Source of the DNA: Monocercomonoides exilis PA203
Lineage: Eukaryota > Protista > Preaxostyla
DNA length: 64,000 bases
Assembly (NCBI GenBank): GCA_001643675.2
Contig: LSRY02000028.1
Span: 248,001-312,000, forward strand
Direction: 5' to 3'
Below, piece by piece: positions 51,068 through 62,504 of this stretch (position 1 is its first letter; each line of letters opens with the position of its first letter). A model generated the notes under the pieces. That model did no database searches, was not told the origin of the DNA, and worked only from the letters and a program-made list of their open reading frames with translations. A program made the translations under genes and the position numbers.

Positions 51068-52009
51068 ATGAGAATCTTTATGATGCGCAACATGCTTAAT
51101 GTTATTTTAATTTTAAGTGTAACGTGTGAAACCAAGAGTATTTCTTGGAATTATTCCAATGGAATGAAATCACCAAAAATAACAAAAAGACTTGAAGAGC
51201 TTGGACTTCAAGATGTTTTTATTGTTGCACCATGGAAAGGGGAAAAACAAACAACTGGAATTATGAAGGCGCTTGAATCAAGTCAAATTCCTTATGAATT
51301 ATTTGAAGGAGTTAACGGAAACCTTTTATATGAATTGTCACAAAATGAGCATCCTGATTTTAGTATGATGTCAAATCTTCACAAAAACACGACTTTTACC
51401 TACGAATCAGCAAAATCATTGATGGGAAACACCACACGTCCGTATGATGAATGTGGAATTTGGCAAAGCGAATTGCAAGTAAATTTTGAAATTGTGGAAA
51501 GAGCGAAGAGAACTGGTCAAGATAAGCCTGTACTTTTGATTCAATCTCACAGCCACATCAAGCGTCACTCCATTAATTCAATTATTTCAGAAATGAATAA
51601 ATTGCCAGAAGAGTGGGATATATTCGCTTTAGGAAGTTATCATAACAAGTGCAAAGAACGTTCAGATACTTTAATATGCGAATTTTTATGCGCTGATAGG
51701 ATTCGAACGATGATCGTGAACGGACAAAAAGGAGCGCAAAAACTGATTTCTGTATATAATACACCAACAATACAAAATGTGGAAGTGTCAATTTCGCTTT
51801 ATGTTCCACACAAAATTCGCGTGTTTGGGTACAGGCATAAAGAAGAGTATCTCACACAACCGCTTATTACAGTTGGAAATGTTGCAATTTTTTGCATTGT
51901 TTGTTTTGTCATATGGATTCTTGTTAAAATGTGGAAGAAAAGTCATCAAAAATCAACGCCATATGATTTAGAATTCATGACAAAGAGCAAAGGATCAAAA
52001 ACTTTTTAA
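51068..52009 (+). CDS. Glycosyltransferase family 25-like protein with signal peptide and C-terminal TM, intronless
   Basis: IPYELFEGVNG, ECGIWQSE, VLLIQSH and LPEEWDIFALG follow the GT25 motif order. TM segment VAIFCIVCFVIWILV. Confidence 0.55.
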   Translation: MRIFMMRNMLNVILILSVTCETKSISWNYSNGMKSPKITKRLEELGLQDVFIVAPWKGEKQTTGIMKALESSQIPYELFEGVNGNLLYELSQNEHPDFSMMSNLHKNTTFTYESAKSLMGNTTRPYDECGIWQSELQVNFEIVERAKRTGQDKPVLLIQSHSHIKRHSINSIISEMNKLPEEWDIFALGSYHNKCKERSDTLICEFLCADRIRTMIVNGQKGAQKLISVYNTPTIQNVEVSISLYVPHKIRVFGYRHKEEYLTQPLITVGNVAIFCIVCFVIWILVKMWKKSHQKSTPYDLEFMTKSKGSKTF

Positions 52010-52284
52010 TTAACTCATTTCGTTACATTACATTTCATTTATTTTGTTCATTTCGCTTTTTGTGAGTTGTTTTTTTCAGATTTTGTTTCTGTTAAATATC
52101 TTTGAAATTATTTTTCCACAAAAATAAAATCGAAATTTTTTGCTTTGTCCGATAACCTTGAAAAATATAAATCATGGTTTTGAATTCAAAAATTTTCTCC
52201 TCTCAAAAACTCAAAAGTGCTCACTTTTTGTGAAATGATGAAATTTCTTTAATTGTAAACAAAACATTGAAATGAGTAAATATG

Positions 52285-52944
52285 TTATATCTTCTTTATG
52301 AGAAGATATATTTCATCGTCTTGGACAATTTTTTCCAAATGAGGCGCCAATCCCTTCAAATTTTAAGAAAAATTACAAATAGTTCATTAATAAATTCAAA
52401 AACAAAAGATAGAAAACATACGACAAGCTCCATCAAAAGGCCCCCAAATGACGCATATAAAACCCTTGTTTCATCATCGGAAAATAGTCAATTATGAGAA
52501 AAAACAACAAAAAAGCAAATATTTAATAATTCAAACAATTTATCTGGTTTTTCGAATTCTTCTTTAAACACTGTTCCACTCATAACATAGTCGTATGAAG
52601 GTATAAGAGTTTCATCCGTGATCGGAGAAATTGCAAGAGAAAAACTTTGCCCAAGAGGAAGATTATATATATCACAGTTGTAGTCCAGACGAAGTCTAAA
52701 ATCAAAAGAATCACTTTTTGCCTCTATTCTGGAAACTATTTTGAACATAACATAATTCGTTAAAAATTTGAAATATTTATTATTTTTTAAAATAATCAAA
52801 AAAACAAATAAAGAACAAATGCCACAGCGAAAATCAATAAAATGTTTCAAAAATAAAAAAGAACTTACCAGATTTAAAACGTTTCCCTTCTGAATCAACT
52901 GCAGTAACTAAAAAAATATCAGAAATAATAGCTCTTGTTGACAT
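52285..52944 (-). CDS. RPB8: RNA polymerase I/II/III shared subunit RPB8; multi-exon
   Basis: SDIFLVTAVDSEGKRF, VSRIEA..LRLDYNCDIY, YDYVMSG, LYASFGGLLMEL, IYLLIKK. Last splice junction uncertain. Confidence 0.88.
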
Positions 52945-53590
52945 TACTGATCCTTCCCCATTGCTATTTAATTTTTGGAAATTATTTTCAAGCTTTATTT
53001 TCATTCATATTTTATGATTTGTGTAATCCACAAAAAGAAGAAACAGTGCATCCATTCAACATTTTGAATTCATGAACATTTGTATAGGATTTATTTTTAT
53101 TGTTATTTTGTTAATTTTTTGAAAATCACATTGTTTCAAAAAAACATAACAATTTTATAAATCCTGTTGCACTGGAGCAACCAATATGCCCGAAAAAAGA
53201 AAAGAAACAAGACCTATCCACTTTACACAAATTTTTTGTAATCAAAAGAATAAGTTGATAGTCAAAAAATATAAATTAGAAATGAAAAGAAAAATATTCA
53301 AATAATTTAAATTAAGTTCAACAATGATAACTCTGGTAATTCATTAATATTGCAGCGTTGAAACATAAAAAAATCTCATTTCAACAGAACAGAATTCACA
53401 AGAAAAGTCAAAAAAATCATTATAAAAAAAATATCATTAAATGTTTATGAGAAAAATTAAGATGAATGTTGCATTTGATTTGCAGTTGAAGAAAGTCATG
53501 TTAATGCTTTGATAAGAAAAATCTTTAAAGAATTCATCGAATCGCAGCAATATTGTTTATTAATCAAAATGCAAAAATGAGAAAATTAGA

Positions 53591-53662
53591 TGCTCCTACC
53601 TGGATTCGAACCAGGATTACAGGATTCAAAGTCCTAGGTGCTAACCATTACACTATAGGAGC
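53591..53662 (-). tRNA. trnQ: tRNA-Gln (anticodon TTG)
   Basis: 72-nt cloverleaf: acceptor GCTCCTA/TAGGAGC, D-arm TAGTGTAATGGTTAGCAC, anticodon loop CT-TTG-AA, T-loop GGTTCGAATCC. Confidence 0.93.
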
Positions 53663-53676
53663 CACATTAGAACTTG

Positions 53677-53720
53677 ATTGATTTGACTGAGTCGCGAAAA
53701 TGTGACTCAGTCAAATCGAT
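53677..53720 (+). other. 20-bp hairpin immediately upstream of tRNA-Gln
   Basis: GATTTGACTGAGTC (53680-53693) pairs perfectly with GACTCAGTCAAATC (53704-53717). The stem extends with G-U pairs around an AAAA loop. Confidence 0.7.
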
Positions 53721-54078
53721 TTATGTATGGTTTATTGAATTTCTCTTTTTTTAATCGAATTTCCCTCAATCTCACATGTTTTCAGCTTCGGAATTATCAA
53801 TTAAATTTGTTTTGAGTGTTGTGATCTTAACTTTTTTTGTTTTGTTAATTTCTTTTCCAATGTTTTTAGTTGTGTTTTAGAATTTGGTTTGTGTGTTTAT
53901 TAGATATTATAAAAGCCATTTTTGATCAGTTTTTACACTACATATTGTGTATAAAATACCGGACATCGCAAAAAATACCGGCAAAAATTAAAATTAAGGT
54001 TAGATCAAAAAGAATTTTTCAAAGTAATTTCTTGTAAGTGTTCATTTGATTGATACATTCAGCTCTGTATGAAGATAT

Positions 54079-54335
54079 GGGTGATTATTTTTGAAATCAT
54101 ATTTCTTCAATCTAAATTTTCAGTTAGAAAAATATCCGAGAATATCAGCAAATGAACACTGAAAAGTTAACAGGCATTTTAAAAAGGTCTTCGTCTTTTT
54201 TTAGCTTTCACATATGTTTTTTTAAAACAGTTGTGATGAATTCAGCATTTGAATTCAAAATCTCTTCCAGATGGTCAATAACATTTGAAAATATTAATAT
54301 CCCGAAAAAAGTTATGATTTCAAAAATAGTCACCC
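54079..54335. mobile_element. Sola2-family MITE (257 bp)
   Basis: TIRs GGGTGATTATTTTTGAAATCATA and TATGATTTCAAAAATAGTCACCC; ATAT TSD on both sides. Confidence 0.85.
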
Positions 54336-55119
54336 ATATACTGGTTTTTGAAATATTTGTTGCAGTAATATTTTATGGGTCATTGAACTGAATAAAAAAA
54401 TCATTTCTTGCAATTCAACATTTAAAAAATGAAATGAAACTGTTGAAAACGGAAGCCAACACTTTTAAAAATTCGAAAAAGTTGCACATAACTCAAAAAC
54501 AGTGAAGAACCGGTTTCTGTTTTTGATTTATATACATAATTTATTTATTCGTTTTCTTTGTGTTCAGGGAATTGAATCAAGTGGAGAATGAATATTGCCA
54601 AAAGAAAAGAAAATTAAAGAGGATGTTTGACTATGCAATAGGCATGAAACGATTAATCGCGAAATAGCTTCAATCTTGTTTTATGAATCAACAAATAATG
54701 TCATCATTGCATTATTTTTTCAATAATTATCCAAATTTATCGCTTCACATAAACGTTTTTTATCTGAAAATGAAATGAAACTTAAATGATAATTCTTTTT
54801 TCACTGATGGAAAATTGTTATTTAATAAAGTTGTTGTGTAAATGTTAAGTTATCATATCGGCAATTTATTTAAGAGAAAAGTTTCTTTCACATTCAATCT
54901 TTTTGACTTTGAAAATGAAAATTATTGCTTTGTTTTATTTTTGCGGAAACAAACTAACTCTATTGTTGATTGATGCAAGCTTAACTCAAAATTTATTTAT
55001 AGTATCATACTATAATAAAAATGAATGTCGGAGAAATAAATGTGAAAATTCAAATGAATAAGAAAGAGATTGAAGTATTTGAATTCGATTCGAAGTTGAA
55101 AGCAAATATTCTTTCATAT

Positions 55120-55359
55120 GGGTGATTATTTTAGAAAAGTTCCTTTTGTTTAATTTTCAAATAAAATAAAAATTTCATGTTTCGATCAAATTTCTGTTCC
55201 CACTTACCAAATTTTGCTGTTATGAAAATAAAATATTGACAATGATGTTATATTCATTCTCATGAAATCTGGTGAGTGAAAACAGAAATTTGATCGAAAT
55301 ATGAAATTTTTATTTTATTTGAAAATTAAACAAAAGGAACTTTTCAAAAAAAATTTGAC
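55120..55359. mobile_element. Sola2-family MITE (240 bp) with long (about 90 bp) TIRs
   Basis: Starts GGGTGATTATTTTAGAAAAGTTCCTTTTGTTTAATTTTCAAAT with an inverted copy at the right end; ATAT on both flanks. Confidence 0.8.
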
Positions 55360-55689
55360 ATATAATTAATTCATATTTTTTCAATAAATACGTTTGAAAA
55401 AATATGAAGTTTCAGAGAAATGAATAGAATTGTGAAAAAGAACAAAGTTTACAAATTTTGATTCTCGTGAATAGTAGTTTATTTGGATTTTAATATTATT
55501 CACATTAATGTGCTTATCCTCCTTATTCTCTTCCATTTTGTCACGTTGTTCTTCACTATCAACATGATCATAATCGCTGTATTTGAATCTCCTTCTTTTT
55601 CTTATTAACATTTTTCTTTATTCTTCTCTCTTTTTTTATCCTCTCTTTCATCATCACGTGATCAAATTCACACTTCTACCATTTTTTAA

Positions 55690-56560
55690 AAAGTCAAAGA
55701 TTCCTCATCACACTCACCCTCTCCCTCTCCATCGCCACTTTTCCTGCGAGCAGCATCACATCAGTATTGTTGAACATGCAAACAGCTGCAAATGGTGGGC
55801 ATTTCTCATTCGCTTCATCTGCCACTACCAACTCGTTTGCAGTGAGCTACACCACCTTCATCGTGTGCAATGTGAGTGAGGACGTAGGTGAAAGTGCAAC
55901 CCGCGGAAAAGGCGAAGCACTCGTTATCAAGAACAACTATGTGTTTAAAGTGTAAGTCTTCTTCTTTTTCATCAATAATTTTGTGTTTTCGGGCAACAAG
56001 GTATTTGTCGGAAGAGGTAAGAATATTGTGTGCGATTCCCTTGTTGTTTGCACTAAAGAGCCTTTGTTTTCATTATGCAAAGCATCCATCAAAATAACAA
56101 CTCCATTGTTGGGAACAACAGAACAGAAGAATTCCGAGATTGAATTGTTGGCTTGCTTGTGTTTCTCAACTGATCTTTTGCTGACAAAGTTTACGAGGAA
56201 GTTGAGCCTGGAATCGAGGCATTGAATTGTGGACAATTAAAGATACACTGAAGAAGTGCGCACAATGTGATAGGACTTCTGAAAAAGGAAAAGAACATCA
56301 GGCAAAGATTGTTTGGTGTTCTTCTGTGTTTGAAGGTCTATGTTCTAAAAGGGCAAGTTGGATAATCTTTCAAAAATAATGTGCAAAACAGAAGGAAAAG
56401 CAATCAGAAATGTACTCAATGTGACAAGCCATTCTGATGGAAATAAAATTTATAAAAATTGCAGTCTCATTGAGCTTTAATTGAACAAACACAGCAGTTA
56501 TCGAATCAAGTTTTCAAAATGATAAGCTATTTTGAAAAGTTGCGCTATCAGCATAGATGG
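55690..56560 (+). pseudogene. Decayed coding fragment
   Basis: Coding-like, more GC-rich stretch with frame-switching short ORFs (55767-55955, 55983-56225). Confidence 0.3.
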
Positions 56561-57626
56561 AGAAATATTAAACACGATTGCTTATTATTATATCAAATCG
56601 ACTTGTCACATCGTTGAATTAAATCTTGAAATAATTTCAGATGTGAAATCAATCTTCTTGTTGTTTTCAATTTCACATTCCTCGCGTAATGCGAATGAAG
56701 GATATGATGAAGTGGAATATAATAAAAGAAGTGAATTGAATAATGATAAGAAAGTGAACTGTTATGTTATCCAGAAAATTTTTCTCAAAGTTTTGTGATA
56801 ATTGTTCGTTTTTGATGTTCAAAACTCAGTTTTGCTTTTTCTTCAATGTTTGGCGTTCAAAAATATTTATTTTTTCCGTACTCTATACTTCAAATAATCA
56901 GAAAGAAATATTTTTCAAAAAAAACATTAACAAATATATTATCATATTTTTTGATATTTAATTAATGGTATTGATGATCTCTATTATGTTCAACTTTTTG
57001 TGCTTTCTTTTATTATATTCTTTAGTGCAACAGGCGGAAAAAGATATAAAACAAACTAATTGAAGGTTTGCTTTATGGATTGCATTGCGACAAATTTTAT
57101 TTCTATTTGTCAATTATGATGCTTTAATAATTTTTTCTCATTCGCTTGAAAACAATAATTTCAAGTGAACAAATTTGTTAGTATTTGAATAATTCTTTAA
57201 AGTTAACAATATAAATTCAAATGGTATATTCTATCTATTTTTTATCGTTTTTTTAATCACGATTGTTTTGAGTTGTTGATTTTGTCCGATTTCTTTGTAA
57301 TCACTAATTTTTGTGTTGCTTTTTATGAATAACAATGCGTATTTTCATGTTGATGTTGCTTTCAAACTTATGATCCTTTAATCTTTGAATGAGTTTTTAT
57401 TGTTATTTGATCCGTATTATTTTTTAATATTTTTGTTGTGTATTTAGTTATATATTTTGTTATTTTGAAAACAAATGTTGCATATGTGCATTTTCACTTG
57501 AACATTATGTATTGTTTGCAAAAATATCTGTTTCATGTTCTTGTTTCATTTCATTATCAAAATGGATAAATAAATTGAGTTAACAATGATTAACTTGCAT
57601 ATTTTTTGAATCAAGAACGTTTATTT

Positions 57627-58088
57627 TATACCTCTGTGACATGACATGAGAAAATTGAAATAATGACAAAATGACTGACAAGATATTTATGACTTGTCAA
57701 AAAGGGTTATTAATAATGATTTCATAATTCTTAATTACCAAAATAATTAATTTGAAAATCTTCATAAAATAATTCTTATTATTTTGAAAAAATCAAATTT
57801 TTTTATTTATGTGATCAAGTTCCCAATATTTATTTTATTTGACACGAAATGTCAGTTGAGGAATATTTTTGTCACAATTTGTCATTGACAGTCACTGACG
57901 GTCACTGACAAAAGAGAAAAAACTACAAGATATTACAGATGCTATCAACAAATCTTTCCCATACTGCTTTGAAAAGTCTTTAGAAGTTTTTGCAATAGTT
58001 TATTTTATATTTATTTCAAAAAAAAAAATTTTTTTTTTTTTTTGTGACAGACGAGGATTCATGTGATTTGTCAGGTCACAGAGGTATA
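57627..58088. mobile_element. Non-autonomous hAT element (462 bp)
   Basis: TIRs TATACCTCTGTGACATGACA and TGTCAGGTCACAGAGGTATA. 8-bp TSD GTTTATTT/ATTTATTT (7/8). Internal GTCACTGAC repeats like those of the large hAT. Confidence 0.78.
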
Positions 58089-58096
58089 ATTTATTT

Positions 58097-58336
58097 GTCT
58101 GAATTTATTTGAAAAGTTCCTTTTGTTTAATTTTCAAATAAAATAAAAGATTCATATATCAATCAAATTTCTGTTCCCACTTACGAAACTTCACTTAAAA
58201 TAAAATAATAACATTGTCAAGATTGTGTTTTCATAACAGCAAAATTTGGTGAGTGGGAACAGAAATTTGATCAAAATATATAATTTTTTCTTTATTTGAA
58301 AATTTAACAAAAGGAACTTTTCAAAAAAATTTTGAC
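58097..58336. mobile_element. MITE of the same family as 55120-55359 (240 bp)
   Basis: Near-identical arms (GAAAAGTTCCTTTTGTTTAATTTTCAAAT...); flanks ATTT and ATAT. Confidence 0.8.
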
Positions 58337-59136
58337 ATATTATATCCAAAGTTTGATTCGCGACTGATTCTTTTTGAAATAAGTTTTCCTTTGAGTTTTG
58401 AGAAAAATTATCCTTCTCAACGAGATTTTTGAAAAAGAAGGCAACAAATGTTGATATATGCTATGTATGATGTTTTTTACAAAGTACTACACCAAAAATT
58501 ATTCAAAATGAGAATTTTTCCATTCAAAAAAATAAAATTTGCATTCAAAATAATGATTTTGCAAACAAAATGATAACTTTTGCGTTCAAAATGGTAATTA
58601 TACAATCAAATTGATAATTACTGCTTTCGAATTAATAATTGTTTTAAACTGAACAAAATTTGATTCACTCTCTTATGTTTTTAAGTGTTGATTATTTTTT
58701 CACTTTTGAATAGTATATAATTTTGTGTTGTTATTATTTTCATGTGTATGAAAAATTTTCTTGATAAATTCACATTTTCTGACAAAATTTTTTAAAATTT
58801 CAAATTATTTTTTATCTTTTGAAAACAAAAAATATTTTCATTTCGAAAGCAGTAATTATCAATTTGATTGTATAATTACCATTTTGAACGCAAAAGTTAT
58901 CATTTTGTTTGCAAAATCATTATTTTGAATGCAAATTTTATTTTTTTGAATGGAAAAATTCTCATTTTGAATAATTTTTGGTGTAGTACTTTGTAAAAAA
59001 CATCATACATAGCATATATCAACATTTGTTGCCTTCTTTTTCAAAAATCTCGTTGAGAAGGATAATTTTTCTCAAAACTCAAAGGAAAACTTATTTCAAA
59101 AAGAATCAGTCGCGAATCAAACTTGGGATATAATAT
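58337..59136. mobile_element. Foldback element: 295-bp near-perfect inverted arms around a 210-bp spacer
   Basis: 58337-58631 is the reverse complement of 58842-59136; only one terminal mismatch was seen by eye. Confidence 0.85.
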
Positions 59137-59669
59137 TTCACTTTATGAATTTTGTTCCACACTAAATTTTCAAATATTTATCTCAATTTGATAATTTTTC
59201 TTATTTTATTTTGCATCATAATGGAAGACTAATTATGATTGAATTGCAGATAAAGTTTGGAATAAATCTCAGTTTTTTTCTTTATTGCTGAAAATTTGTC
59301 ACACACATCCTTCAGATATAACAAAAATTAATGATTTCAAAAGGAAGAAAATAAAAGCAAAACAAAACCAATGGATTCGACCATCAACAACGTAACACGC
59401 ATTTAATCCAAAAAAAGAAAGAAAGAAAGAAAGAAAAGAAAAGAAAAGAAAAAGAAAAAGAAAAAGAAAAAAGATATTTAAAGTTGAAAATTATTTTCAT
59501 CAGAGAACCAAAACAATTAATTGAAAATGGGAAAAAAATTTGAGAAATAATTGAAACAGATAAATAAAAAACATTAGAAAGTTTTTCCATTAGTCGGGGA
59601 GTTAACCCGCTCAGGGGAGTTAACCCGCTCATGAAACGTTGAAAAAATGGTATAAAGATCACTTCGTTT

Positions 59670-61273
59670 ATGTCGTTGCAAAAAACACAAGTCTTGGGAT
59701 TGGCTGCATCCAGCGAAGCGAGGTCGTTGACAGATCCACATGAAAAGGGATTATACTTGCACTTAGTCTGTGGACTTTCGAAATCAGCTATTGAAGAAGG
59801 AGGAATAATTACAAGACATTCATTGAAAAGAGCTGAAAAAGCTCAAAACGCAGGTCGATACATTGGAAAGCCTGGAAAACCAACAATATTCACAAAATCT
59901 GATGTGTTACGTATAATAACCAGATTAGAATTTGATACGTCGAAAGGAATTTATCATACCACACCAGAAATTGCTAAAATTGTTCGTTTTTTTAGTTGTT
60001 GAGATTTTTAATTGTTTTTTTTTTCATTCACAGGCGAATGAAATTAGAGCTGAAAAAAGATCTGAAGAAAATGAAGTGAAATGCGTTGATTAGCGCTGGC
60101 CAAAACGGTTTTTTGCAAGATAGCCAGATCTAATTCAGAAGCCTCCAAAGCAACTTCCGGTTCACAGGGCGTTGCAAACATCCAAACAGACAGTGAAACC
60201 ATTTTTTCTCATGATTGAAAAATTCTTCAAAACGGTTTGTATCATCCCACAACTGATTTTTAATTTGGATGAGACTTCAACGGTGTTTTCTGAGATTAAT
60301 CCTTCTGTGGTAATTCCTATTCACACATCTTCATCGCCTATTCAGCCTGAACCTTCATTGCCAAGATCAACAAGCATCGTCTTTCTGACAAGCTCGAATG
60401 GAGTCAGATATCTCACACCTATCATCGTTCAATATTCTAAAATTCCAGAAGAATTCAAAGAAGCAACGACAGAAATGGAGGTATTCATACCTAGCGAAAA
60501 TGGTCATCTTTCTTCCACAGCATTCTTCGACGTTTTTTCAAAGACTATTCTTCCTAGTATTTTGAAAAAACGTATAGCCATCGGAAAACCACATAATCAC
60601 GCTGTGCTTATCATGGACAGTGGCACAAAACATTTTTCCACTGAAATGTTAAGAATTTGCAAAGATAATTTAATAGATATGATCCAACTACCTTCTCACA
60701 CCACACATATGGGTGATTCTTTTTGAAAAGTCACAAATGTTTAATTTTCAAATATATCAAAAATTTCATATTTTGCTCAAATTTCTGTTTCAGCTCTCAA
60801 ATCTCCTCAAGAATGTTTGAAATAGGATTTTCAAGTTATAGATTCCATTTAAGTTAAGTTTGATATTAGTTAACAGAAATTTGAGCAAAATATGAAATTT
60901 TTGATTTATTTGAAAATTAAACATTTGTGACTTTTCAAAAAGAATCACCCATATACTTCAACCTAACGATCAGTACGTGTTTGAAAATATGAAGAAATGC
61001 TTTCGAACTGGATGGAAATGCGGAGCCGTAATTAATGCTGCTGATCGAAGAAAGGAATTTGCTTCGTTGCTGAAGGAAGCAATTGCCATGGCATCTTTCT
61101 TATCGACAATAAAATCCAGCTGGAAGATTACAGGATGGCAGCCATTCAATCCTGAAGTTGTTTTGAAAATAATACCCGATAAGCCACCTGAATGGTCTAC
61201 AACTGCTTTCTCACGTGTTAGAAATGCGGAAAATACGAGAAGTGGAAATATTTTTTTAGTTCAGATGATTTAA
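59670..61273 (+). pseudogene. pogo-type DDD transposase pseudogene
   Basis: Motifs IFNLDET, VLIMDS and LPSHTTH|ILQPND. In-frame TAG at 60091 and 60121. Interrupted by a MITE at 60711-60950. Confidence 0.85.
60711..60950. mobile_element. Sola2-family MITE (240 bp) inserted in the pogo transposase
   Basis: TIR GGGTGATTCTTTTTGAAAAGTCACAAATGTTTAATTTTCAAAT with a matching inverse; ATAT TSD at 60707-60710 and 60951-60954. Confidence 0.92.
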
Positions 61274-62504
61274 ATGATTTATTGAAATAACTGTTTTCCA
61301 TGAACATTTTCTCTGTCGATAGTATTTTTTCCACATTTTTTTTATCTGAATTTGAATTTTTGTTTGATATGATTCATTGCAAATACAAAAAGTTGGATTT
61401 TTTAGGTTTTGAAACATTAAGAACAATATTTTTATTTTGATCTCAATGAACTTAATTTTAATTATTCTGAGCGAGTTAACTCCCCTGAGCGGGTTAACTC
61501 CCCGACTAGAACTTAAACGAAATTATCTAATCAATACCCGTTAGCTCAGTCTAATCCCAATCAGTGGTTCATAAAACCGAAAAGAAGCACTCAAAACCGT
61601 TTTGATTGAGTCAAGATCGATTAATTCAATTCTGGGAGTCTGATCTTGTGGAAGGATCGTTTTTTAAGAATTTACTTTTTTCAATTTTTCATTTGATAAT
61701 AGATATTTATTAACATTTCATTCGAACGTTGAATGCTTCGAATTGAAATAGAAAAATTTTCTTTATTTAAACTTCAAAAAAATATTTGACATTTTTTTAT
61801 CTCAGCTTTAACAACAAAAAAATCATAATATTCTCCAATCTTTCATTTTTTTATTTTAAGTGTGAATGTTTTAAACAAATGAAACATTACGATCTTTGTT
61901 GTATAAAAAGATAAAATCAAAATCAGAAAGTTTGAAAATCATGACTGTAATAGCAAAAATTAAACTAAAAAACAAAGAAAGTAGCTGAATATAATATTTA
62001 ATTGTATAATATCAAAAACTGAACAATTTGTAAACTTCGATCATTAAGTGAACAACAAAATATAATAAACCTAACATCAAAACCTTTATAAAGAAAAATA
62101 AAAATAAAACATACTCAAAAATGAATAAATCAAACATATATAACTGGTTTATGTGAAAGAACACATTCCCAACTAACTATTTGACGTGTTGCAACAATAA
62201 AAACAAAATCTACATTTTCCAAATTATTTGACTTGTTCAGAAAAAAATGAACAACATACAAATTATAAATTAAGAAATAATCAACATATCAAAAAATTTA
62301 TAAAAACAAACTGCTCTGTTGCAGAAAACACAAAAAACCTCCAAGAATTTCGATCAAAATTGATATATTATTTTTATATTTTTGATCACAAATAAGATTG
62401 ACTGAAAACCGAATTGATTAATTCAAAACCAATAAAATAAACATAAAACGTTTTGACTTAATCAATTCGAATTGACCCGCTCAATTCGTTAAAGGTCAAC
62501 TAAT

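Larger units (their letters stand above)
59593..61506 (+). mobile_element. pogo-like (Tc1/mariner) DNA transposon, inactivated
   Basis: 39-bp TIRs GTCGGGGAGTTAACCCGCTCAGGGGAGTTAACCCGCTCA (one mismatch); TA TSD at 59591-59592 and 61507-61508. Confidence 0.9.

Noticed and set aside
59412-59473. (AAAG)n/(AAAAG)n tract and ORF 59384-59662
   Set aside because: Simple microsatellite; the ORF is a spurious Phe/Ser-rich translation.
59593-59631. Direct repeats resembling a CRISPR or iteron array
   Set aside because: Only two adjacent units with no spacer, mirrored at 61468-61506; they are transposon TIRs in a eukaryotic genome.
60091-60123. Two in-frame TAG codons suggesting stop-codon reassignment (TAR = Gln occurs in some oxymonads)
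   Set aside because: They occur only in an already MITE-disrupted transposase. Long host ORFs have no internal TAA/TAG, conserved genes end in TAA, and the local tRNA-Gln has an ordinary TTG anticodon.
61530-62495. Possible additional TIR element (TTGATTGAGTCAA / TTGACTTAATCAA)
   Set aside because: The match is short and no TSD or clear termini could be defined.
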